DNA of 64,000 nucleotides from IMG/VR virus record IMGVR_UViG_2895374923_000003, positions 1 through 64,000 of that record; one strand, 5' to 3'. The DNA comes from a virus. Taxonomy: Duplodnaviria > Caudoviricetes. The notes beneath the pieces were generated by a model. That model did no database searches. It had not been told where the DNA came from and saw nothing but the letters and a program-made list of their open reading frames with translations. This document shows, piece after piece, positions 19,216 through 26,695 of the stretch (position 1 is its first letter; each line of letters starts with the position of its first letter). The translations under genes were made by a program, and so were the position numbers.

Positions 19216-20689
19216 GCAGAACGTCTCCCTCGACTACACCGCCCGCGACTTCGACGCCATCGTCGCCGAGCTGCTGCGCCAGGCCGAGCAGGTCATGCCC
19301 GAGTGGACCTCGCGCGGCGAAGGCGACCCCGGCATGATGCTCGTGCGCCTGAAGGCGTACGCGGCCGAGCTGAACAACTACTACATCGACCGGGCGGTGG
19401 GGGAGTCGGTCCTGGCCACCGCCACCACCCGGGCCGCCGTCTTGGCCCTGGCCGAGCAGGTCGGCTACATCACCCACGGCACCATCCCAGCTACCGGCAG
19501 CATCACCTTCGCCACCGATCCGGGCGGGCCCGCCGTGACCGTGCCCAAGGGCACCCAACTGCTGTCGGACTACGTGGCCGCGGTCGACCAGCCGGTCACC
19601 TTCGAGACCGACGCCGACCTCCTGGTGCCCGCAGCCGGCGGCACGGCCGTGGCCGCCATCACCCAGGGCGTCACCATCGCCCCCTTCGAGGCCGGATCCG
19701 GCACCGGCAGCTCCGGCCAATCCCTGGTCCTCGCCACCCCCGGCGTCATCGAAGGCTCGGTCCGGATCTGGGTGGAGGCCCCGCACGCCAACATCGAATG
19801 GATCCGCAAGTCCCGGCTGATCCAGGCCGCACCCACCGAGCGCGTCTTCACCACGCGCCTGCGCGCCGACGGCGCCACCATCGTCATGTTCGGCAACGGC
19901 GCCAACGGCGCCATCCCCGAGCTCGGCGCGACCATCTACGCCTCCTACCGGGTCGGGGTTGGCAAGGCCGGAAACCTGCCCGCCAGCAAGATCCTCCACC
20001 TGGCCACCTCCGGCCTGATCGGCGTCCAGATCGCCACCGACGCCTCCGGCAAGCCGATCAGCACCGCCACCACCGGCGGAGCCGACCCCGAAGGCAACGA
20101 CGAGATCCGCCGCAACGCCCCCCAGGCGTTCGCCGCCCAATACCGGTGCGTCACCAAGGACGACTTCTCCCGCGCCGCGCTCGAGGTGCCTGGCGTTTCG
20201 GCCGCCAACACGGTCGCCGCCCGGCCCCAGTCGGTGACCGTGTTCGTCACCGGACCCGACCGCACCACCCCCAACGCCCAGCTCCTGGACACCGCCACCG
20301 CGCACCTGAACGCCCGCGCCCTGGCCGGAACCGTCGTCTCCGTCCAAGGCCCAACCTTCGTGCCGGTCAACTTCGGCACCGACGCCCTGCCCGTCAAGGT
20401 GTGGGTCGCCCCCGGCTGGCGCGACATCCACGTCAAGGCAGCCGTCCAGGCCGCGCTCGCGGGCCTGTTCAAGGACGACGCCGTCACCTTCGGCGTCCGG
20501 GTAACCCTGTCCCAGGTCTACTCCGCGGTCGCCACCCTGTCCGGCGTGCTCAACGTCAACATCCCGGTCATGGCCCGCGCCGACACCGCCCAGTCCGGGG
20601 CCGACGACGCCGTCATGGCCCTGTTCGAGATGCCCGTCCTGGGCACCGTCAAAATCGTCACCTCCGGTGGCGTCATCGCCCCCGTCTAG
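19208..20689 (+). CDS. Baseplate J/gp47 family protein
   Basis: LDYTARDFDAI, EWTSRGEGDPG, FGNGANGAIP, GGADPE, RCVTKDDF. Confidence 0.93.
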   Translation: MAEQNVSLDYTARDFDAIVAELLRQAEQVMPEWTSRGEGDPGMMLVRLKAYAAELNNYYIDRAVGESVLATATTRAAVLALAEQVGYITHGTIPATGSITFATDPGGPAVTVPKGTQLLSDYVAAVDQPVTFETDADLLVPAAGGTAVAAITQGVTIAPFEAGSGTGSSGQSLVLATPGVIEGSVRIWVEAPHANIEWIRKSRLIQAAPTERVFTTRLRADGATIVMFGNGANGAIPELGATIYASYRVGVGKAGNLPASKILHLATSGLIGVQIATDASGKPISTATTGGADPEGNDEIRRNAPQAFAAQYRCVTKDDFSRAALEVPGVSAANTVAARPQSVTVFVTGPDRTTPNAQLLDTATAHLNARALAGTVVSVQGPTFVPVNFGTDALPVKVWVAPGWRDIHVKAAVQAALAGLFKDDAVTFGVRVTLSQVYSAVATLSGVLNVNIPVMARADTAQSGADDAVMALFEMPVLGTVKIVTSGGVIAPV

Positions 20690-20696
20690 GAACGGC

Positions 20697-21383
20697 ATGG
20701 CAGCTACCTACCCGGGCGGGATCCGCACCTGGACCACCAAACTGGGCTGGCGCAACATCGTGTGGGCCAGCCACGTCAACGAGCTCCAGGACGAGGAAGA
20801 CGCCACCCAGCGCATCCTCGGGCTCAACCCGCACCAGGCCCGCAACAACCCCGGCGGGCTCAGCCGCGACTACGGCACCCTGGCCCGCCGCCTGACCGCC
20901 CACGCACGAGGCGAAGACCTGCCCTTCTACCGCGGCATGGCCAAGTCGATGAAGACCACCCCCAACACCTGGAACACCGTCGCCTTCGAGCACCGCTCCG
21001 ACCCCTTCGAGCTGGCCGACAGCGGACCGGCAATCAAGCTCAACACCCACGGGCTGTGGGTGCTGGCCGCCCGCGCCGAATGGCGGGCCACCGGCTACAG
21101 CCTGCAAAAACGAGCCAAGCGGCGCCTGCGCATCCTGCTGGATGACAAGGACGTCGGCCTGTCGGACTTCACCGCCGAGGACGCCCGCAACAGCTTCGCC
21201 CTGCACAACCAAGTCACCTGGCAGGAAGTCCTGCCCCGAGGAACCCGTGTCTCGGTCCAGGTCCGCACCAACCTGGACGCCCCGCCCCACGATCTGCTGG
21301 CCAACATCGTGCTGCGCGCCTACCTGGTGCGCTGCGTCGACCGCGTGATCAACGACGGCGCACTGCTGCGCCCGGCGGCCTGA
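20697..21383 (+). CDS. Tail fibre family paralog 1 (conserved N-anchor plus C1q-like beta domain)
   Basis: MAATYPGGIRTWTTK...HVNELQDE anchor shared with 21404 and 22822; beta-rich C-terminus ending LRAYLVR. Confidence 0.7.
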   Translation: MAATYPGGIRTWTTKLGWRNIVWASHVNELQDEEDATQRILGLNPHQARNNPGGLSRDYGTLARRLTAHARGEDLPFYRGMAKSMKTTPNTWNTVAFEHRSDPFELADSGPAIKLNTHGLWVLAARAEWRATGYSLQKRAKRRLRILLDDKDVGLSDFTAEDARNSFALHNQVTWQEVLPRGTRVSVQVRTNLDAPPHDLLANIVLRAYLVRCVDRVINDGALLRPAA

Positions 21384-21403
21384 CGCGGCAAGGAGCACCT
21401 GAA

Positions 21404-21766
21404 TTGGCCGCGAGCTACCCCTCCGCCTTCCGCGCCTGGTCGACCAAGTTCGACTACACCACGATCGTGTTCGCCGAACACGTCAACACCCTCCAAGACG
21501 AGCTGCTGGCCGTCCAGCGCACCCTGGGCACCACGCCCCAGATCGCCGCCAGCGACCCCGGCAGCACCCCCTACGAACTGCTGCCCATCGTCGAATGGAT
21601 CGGCCGCGCCCCCGAGACCGACATCCCGCGCATCATCGACGTCCTCACCGACCGCGCGCCCGTCCGCCACAACTACGACCCGGCCAAAATCCGCGACTGC
21701 CTGCTCGACATCTGGCCTGACTGGGGCACCCGCTACCCGTCCCTGCCCTGGGGCGGTACGGCATGA
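21404..21766 (+). CDS. Tail fibre family paralog 2, N-terminal half (anchor plus WIG segment)
   Basis: TTG start; AASYPSAFRAWSTK...HVNTLQDEL; paralog similarity stops at DPGSTP. Confidence 0.75.
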   Translation: MAASYPSAFRAWSTKFDYTTIVFAEHVNTLQDELLAVQRTLGTTPQIAASDPGSTPYELLPIVEWIGRAPETDIPRIIDVLTDRAPVRHNYDPAKIRDCLLDIWPDWGTRYPSLPWGGTA

Positions 21767-22818
21767 GCGACCTCCTCCTCACCCCCCTGCCGTACGGGCA
21801 AGACGATCTGTTGGCCGTCGACCCCCACCGCATCGCCTCCTGGATCGGCAACAGCGACACCACCGCCCTGACCCTCCTGGGCCGCTACCTGCGCGACAAG
21901 CCCAACTGCACGCGCACCGAGATCAACGAAGCCGTCCGCCAGGCCGACCGGTGGACCTCGATCCCGCCCATCAAGACCGTGCCGCACCGGCCCAGCACCA
22001 AGCCGCCGTACGTCGCGCCGCGCGACCACGCCACCATCGAGCGGCGCATGACCTTCCAAGCCCGCGGCGGCCACCTGCCCTACGCTCGTGCGGGCATCTA
22101 CGACATGCAGGTCCCGGCCAACAAGTGGGCCCGCACCACCCTGCGCGCCTTCGACGACCCCTTCAAACTCGCCTCCGGCGACGGGCTGGTCATCAACCAG
22201 GACGGCTTGTGGACCCTCACCGTCAAGGTCGACTGGTCCCTCGGGCACGCCGAGGTCGTCTCCAGCGCCGCCCAGGCCACCCGCGTCATGGTCAACGGCT
22301 CCGACGTCGGCCTGCGCGACTACCTCGACGACGACGCCTACAGCATCAAGGCTCCCATCAACACCCTGACCTGGACCGACACCTTCCGCGCCGGCACCAC
22401 CCTGAACGTCGACATCCGCAGCGAAGGACTCGGCACCGGCTACACCGCCGTGGCCAACGTCTACGTCCGGCTCCACCTGGTCCGCGTGGCCGAAGACGGC
22501 TTCGACATGGAAGGCTTCCCGCTGCCGCCCGACCCCGAGCCGATCCCCGAAACGCCGCTGGGCGGCTACTGCGGGCCGAACGACCACCAGCCGACCTACC
22601 CGCGCCAGCCCAACACCTGCAACGACCGGGACTACGCCTTCACCTTCACCATCTCCGACGGCGGCCAGGTGGGCTCCTACCGGTGCGTCAACGGCCAGCT
22701 CACCACCGTCTGGTCCGCCTACGGCTGGGACGGCGGCCAATACTACGGCGGCGGTGTCGTGGGCGGAGACGGCTCCTCCTACGGGCCGGGACGCCCTTCC
22801 TACTCGGGCGGGTGGTGA
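21763..22818 (+). CDS. Tail fibre family paralog 2, C-terminal half (WIG segment plus C1q-like domain)
   Basis: ATGA overlap; paralog similarity resumes at RDHATIERRMTFQARGGHLPY; GLWTL, VRLHLVR. Confidence 0.75.
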   Translation: MSDLLLTPLPYGQDDLLAVDPHRIASWIGNSDTTALTLLGRYLRDKPNCTRTEINEAVRQADRWTSIPPIKTVPHRPSTKPPYVAPRDHATIERRMTFQARGGHLPYARAGIYDMQVPANKWARTTLRAFDDPFKLASGDGLVINQDGLWTLTVKVDWSLGHAEVVSSAAQATRVMVNGSDVGLRDYLDDDAYSIKAPINTLTWTDTFRAGTTLNVDIRSEGLGTGYTAVANVYVRLHLVRVAEDGFDMEGFPLPPDPEPIPETPLGGYCGPNDHQPTYPRQPNTCNDRDYAFTFTISDGGQVGSYRCVNGQLTTVWSAYGWDGGQYYGGGVVGGDGSSYGPGRPSYSGGW

Positions 22819-22821
22819 GCC

Positions 22822-24216
22822 GTGGCCCGCTACCCCGAGGCGTTCCGCTCCTTCACCACCAAGCGCGACCTGTCGCAGACCATCTTCGAGTCGCACGTCA
22901 ACGACATCCAAGACGAGCTGCGCGCCACCCAGACCGTCATCGGCGTCAACCCCCACATCGCCAACCTCAACCCCGGCGCCCGGCCCGACAACTACGGCAC
23001 CGTCGCCGCCCGCGCCACCGCCTACGCCCGCGGCGAGCACCTGCCCTACTTCCAGGGCTCAACCAAGAACTTCCAGCTCCGCGGCGGCAACCTCGTCAAG
23101 CCCAAGGACCCGATCCGCAAGCCGATGGACAACGACCGGTGGATCCACGAGACACTCGCCGGCCGCGGCGTGCTGGTGCGCGGCGACAACGCCCGCCAGG
23201 TGCACGCCTCCTACTACGACGCCCAGACCGGCGACAAACTGCTCGTCCCGCTGCACCCCACGGGCGGCTGGGTCAAAGCCCCCGTCTACGGGCCCGACAA
23301 CCAGCGCATCAAGATCCGCACCCCCAACTCGCCCGACTGGGCCAACCCGCCCGGCGGCCACACCACCGTCTCCGAGGCCACCTTCGACAGCTACGCCAAC
23401 GGCAGCCAGTGGTGGACGATCGTGATGGACACCTACTACCACGGCGACACCTACCTGGGCCGCTCCGGCACCTTCGCCGGGCGCATCCTTCTCGAACCCG
23501 GCGTCCCCGAGGTCGAACCGGGCCTGCCCATCGAAGACGACCCGGGCACCATCGGCGACGGCGGATGGCAGCGCCTGCCCATCAAGGGCGACGACGACAC
23601 CTTCGGCATCGGCTGGCACGACGGGGCCGTGCTGAACGAGACCGGCCTGTGGATGATGTCGCTGATGGTCGTCCACCAGCCCACCACGGAAACCACGACC
23701 GTCCGCGCCCGGCGCCGCGCCCGACTGGAGATCAACGGCCGCGACCACACCCTCCAGCACATGGTGCGCGAGAGCGCCGACAACGGCGACGCCCTGGTCA
23801 ACGTCATCCACTGGACCGAGGTGCTGTCCAAGGGCACCCAGATCAGCGCCTCGGCCCGGATCGACGGCACCGACCTGAAGGGCACCTACCCGGCCACCGC
23901 CTACCTGCGCCTGCACCTGGTACGCGTCACCGAGGGCGACGACGACGGCTTCCTGGACGACCACCCCAGCACGATCTACACCCCGCCACCCCCACCGCCC
24001 CCACCACCGCCGCCCCCGCCAACCGCGCCGCCCAACCCAACCGTGCCTGGCGACCACTACTACAACCCGTACCCGACCGGCCCGGTCTACGAGAACGACC
24101 TGTGCTGGATGTACCCCGAGCGCTTCCCGAACTGCCCCACCCACGGCAACCGGCCCACCCCGCCCAAGCACACCGGCCCCACGCCGAAACCCGGCGGCAA
24201 GAAGAAAAAGAAGTAG
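22822..24216 (+). CDS. Tail fibre family paralog 3 with inserted domain, poly-Pro tract and Lys tail
   Basis: Same anchor (YPEAFRSFTTK...HVNDIQDEL); GLWMM, LRLHLVR; 13 consecutive Pro; ends KKKKK. Confidence 0.75.
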   Translation: MARYPEAFRSFTTKRDLSQTIFESHVNDIQDELRATQTVIGVNPHIANLNPGARPDNYGTVAARATAYARGEHLPYFQGSTKNFQLRGGNLVKPKDPIRKPMDNDRWIHETLAGRGVLVRGDNARQVHASYYDAQTGDKLLVPLHPTGGWVKAPVYGPDNQRIKIRTPNSPDWANPPGGHTTVSEATFDSYANGSQWWTIVMDTYYHGDTYLGRSGTFAGRILLEPGVPEVEPGLPIEDDPGTIGDGGWQRLPIKGDDDTFGIGWHDGAVLNETGLWMMSLMVVHQPTTETTTVRARRRARLEINGRDHTLQHMVRESADNGDALVNVIHWTEVLSKGTQISASARIDGTDLKGTYPATAYLRLHLVRVTEGDDDGFLDDHPSTIYTPPPPPPPPPPPPPTAPPNPTVPGDHYYNPYPTGPVYENDLCWMYPERFPNCPTHGNRPTPPKHTGPTPKPGGKKKKK

Positions 24217-24240
24217 CACCCCGACCAGGAAGACCCCCGC

Positions 24241-26694
24241 ATGGCTGTCTATCGCGTTGATCAATACGCGCGAACCTTCTACGGCCCCAACCCCGAAGTC
24301 CCGTACTTCCCCGAGCGCAGCTTCACCTCCTACTCGGTCGGATACGAAGGGGTCTTCCTGGCGTGGGACCAGCCCTCCGGCGCCTATGCCGGGTTCCGGC
24401 TGGTGGCCAGCCTCGACGGCTACCCCACCACCGAGACCGGCGGCACGGTACTCATCGACAGTCCCGCCGCGCCCGCCTCCCACCTGGACAAGGACGCCCC
24501 CAACGGCCGGTTCTGCTACTACGCCATCTTCCTTAAGATCAACAACGTGTGGGTACGCTCGGCCCTCACCTCCACCCTGCACATCGCCGACTACGGCTCG
24601 GTCCAGTGGATGTGGGAGCGCATCCCGCACCACTACCGGCTGCTGCGTGGCAACCACCTGACCGTGGACGCCGACTCCAACCAGACGCTCCTGCACTTCA
24701 TCAAGATCCTCGGCTACGGCCTGGACCGGGTCCGGACCTCGATGGAAGCAGCCCTGGAGTCCAGCGAACTGCGCACCACGCACATCACCACCGCCGCAGC
24801 CATCGCCGCCTCCATCGGCGCCTACGTCCCCGAGGGGCTGGCGCCCGACCAGATGCGGGCCCTGACCATCGACGCCGCCTACCTCGCCTCAGAACGCGGC
24901 CACCCCGCCGCGATGCGGTCCCTGGCGCAAGCCGTGTCCGGCTGGGACGTCGAACTGCGCAAGAGCGGCAACCTGATGCCCAGCTACGACCAGGCCGAGC
25001 AGATCACTCCGCGCTACCCGGCCTGGGACGCCTCCATCCGCTACAAGGTCGGCGACCTGGTCTCCACCGACTTCCACCTCTACCGATGCCTGGTGGCCGC
25101 CTACGGCATCGACCAGGCCCCGCCCGGCAACGGCAGCAACAACACCTGGTGGGCCGTGCACACCGCGATCCTGCCCAACGACGCCACCAACCCCGCCTGG
25201 GAAGCCGCACGGGCGACGATGCACGGCTGGTCAGCCGTCAGCTTCACCGGCCAGAGCCAGGACGCCACCAGCAAGGCCCTGCCCAAGCTCGTCATCGGCG
25301 TCCCCCACCCGGTCACCGACGACCGCGACGCCAACACCCTCACGGTCACCAACACCAGCGCCAGCGCGGCCGACATCGCCCTGCACTCCCTGCCTCCCAA
25401 CCCGGCCGCCACCTACGACCCGCTCCTGCCCATCACCCACGGCATCGCGCTGCCCCGCGTCCCGCGCTGGGAGGCAGCCCGCGCCTACCGCGCCGACGAC
25501 CTGGTCACCCACCGCGGCCAGGTGTATCGCGCGCTGCGGCGCTCCACCGGCAAGCAGCCCCAGGAGTCGCCCAGCGACTGGTCACTCAACAGCACCGACT
25601 CCCGCCTGAAGCTGACCGTCTCCGGCTACATCCACACACCCCACCTGGCCTCCCAGGCGGCAGCGCCGTGCTTCCCATACATCACCTGGTTCGACGAGCA
25701 GGGCAAGCAGATCGCCCGCGTCGAAGCCAAGAACAGCCCCGACACGCGCGTGCTGGACACCTTCACCGCCACCAGCGGAACCAACGCCATCTACCTGGCC
25801 AGCAACCAGGTAGCGGTCACCGCCGGAACCTCCTACGCCGTCCAGGGCCGCTTCTTCCAGACCGCGCCCTTCCCCTTCGACGTCGGCGTGGAGTGGTACA
25901 ACGCCTCCGGCACCTTCCTCAACTCCACCATGAGCTCGGTCACCGTGACCGCCTCCACCTGGCGCAGCTACACCGCGCCGCTCACCGCGCCGGCCACAGC
26001 CGCCAAGGCGGTGCTCACCCTCTACATGAACGTCGGCGCGCACCTGGCCCCGCCCACCACCTACGTCGATGAGTTCTACCTGGCCACCGCAGCCGCCCCG
26101 AGCACACCTTTGACGGCCGACTCGACCTTCGAGAACGGCTTTGCCACCTGGTATCTGGAGAACGCCTTCGCCGACATCACCACCGAGCGCGCCTACGCCG
26201 GGAGCCGATCACTGAAGCTCAGCGCTCTGGGCGCGGGCAACTACAGCCTCGGCGGCCGGGTCACCGAATACGGCAACAAGACCTGGACCGCCCGATCCAA
26301 CGGCTTCATCCGCGACAGCTACGCCAACGGCGTCGCACGCCCCCGCGCCGACGTGCGCTGCCTGTCGACCATCGACTACGGAAGCAAGGACGCCACGATC
26401 GCCGCCACCTTCGCCACCGCGCCCACCAAGGCATCCACCCGGCAGGCCCTGGTGCTGCGCTACCTGGACCAGAACAACTACCTGCGTGCCACCCGGACCC
26501 AGCTCGAGCGAGTCCAAGCAGGCGTGGTCACCGTCCTGGGCACCTACACCCGGCCAGTCACCGACGGCGACCGCCTGTCGGTGACGGTCTCGGGCGACAA
26601 CTACAGCGCGAAGATCAACGGAACCGCCGTCCTCGCCGCGACCAGCGCCTTCAACAACACCTCGACGATCTTCGGCCTGACCGTGGAGCCCTGA
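24241..26694 (+). CDS. Baseplate/tail protein (gpI-like) with CBM5/12 repeats and a CBM4/9-like insert
   Basis: WMWERIPHHYR...LLHFIKILGYGLD; AWDASIRYKVGDLV and RWEAARAYRADDLV chitin-binding-type repeats. Confidence 0.7.
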   Translation: MAVYRVDQYARTFYGPNPEVPYFPERSFTSYSVGYEGVFLAWDQPSGAYAGFRLVASLDGYPTTETGGTVLIDSPAAPASHLDKDAPNGRFCYYAIFLKINNVWVRSALTSTLHIADYGSVQWMWERIPHHYRLLRGNHLTVDADSNQTLLHFIKILGYGLDRVRTSMEAALESSELRTTHITTAAAIAASIGAYVPEGLAPDQMRALTIDAAYLASERGHPAAMRSLAQAVSGWDVELRKSGNLMPSYDQAEQITPRYPAWDASIRYKVGDLVSTDFHLYRCLVAAYGIDQAPPGNGSNNTWWAVHTAILPNDATNPAWEAARATMHGWSAVSFTGQSQDATSKALPKLVIGVPHPVTDDRDANTLTVTNTSASAADIALHSLPPNPAATYDPLLPITHGIALPRVPRWEAARAYRADDLVTHRGQVYRALRRSTGKQPQESPSDWSLNSTDSRLKLTVSGYIHTPHLASQAAAPCFPYITWFDEQGKQIARVEAKNSPDTRVLDTFTATSGTNAIYLASNQVAVTAGTSYAVQGRFFQTAPFPFDVGVEWYNASGTFLNSTMSSVTVTASTWRSYTAPLTAPATAAKAVLTLYMNVGAHLAPPTTYVDEFYLATAAAPSTPLTADSTFENGFATWYLENAFADITTERAYAGSRSLKLSALGAGNYSLGGRVTEYGNKTWTARSNGFIRDSYANGVARPRADVRCLSTIDYGSKDATIAATFATAPTKASTRQALVLRYLDQNNYLRATRTQLERVQAGVVTVLGTYTRPVTDGDRLSVTVSGDNYSAKINGTAVLAATSAFNNTSTIFGLTVEP

Positions 26695-26695
26695 C

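Noticed and set aside
9839-20689. Extracellular contractile injection system
   Set aside because: Terminase, portal, scaffold, capsid, a long tape measure and a full replication module show this is a phage.
21572-22020. Split intein or group I intron as the cause of the split fibre gene
   Set aside because: No Cys/Ser first residue paired with His-Asn and a +1 Cys/Ser/Thr at the aligned junction, and no Hint motifs. The insert is codon-like in both frames with an ATGA overlap, and I see no group I core. RNA joining is unlikely but only RT-PCR excludes it.
21569-22020. T4 gene 60-style ribosomal bypass from CCC to CCG
   Set aside because: No stop codon right after take-off, codons do not match, and 449 nt is far longer than the 50-nt precedent.
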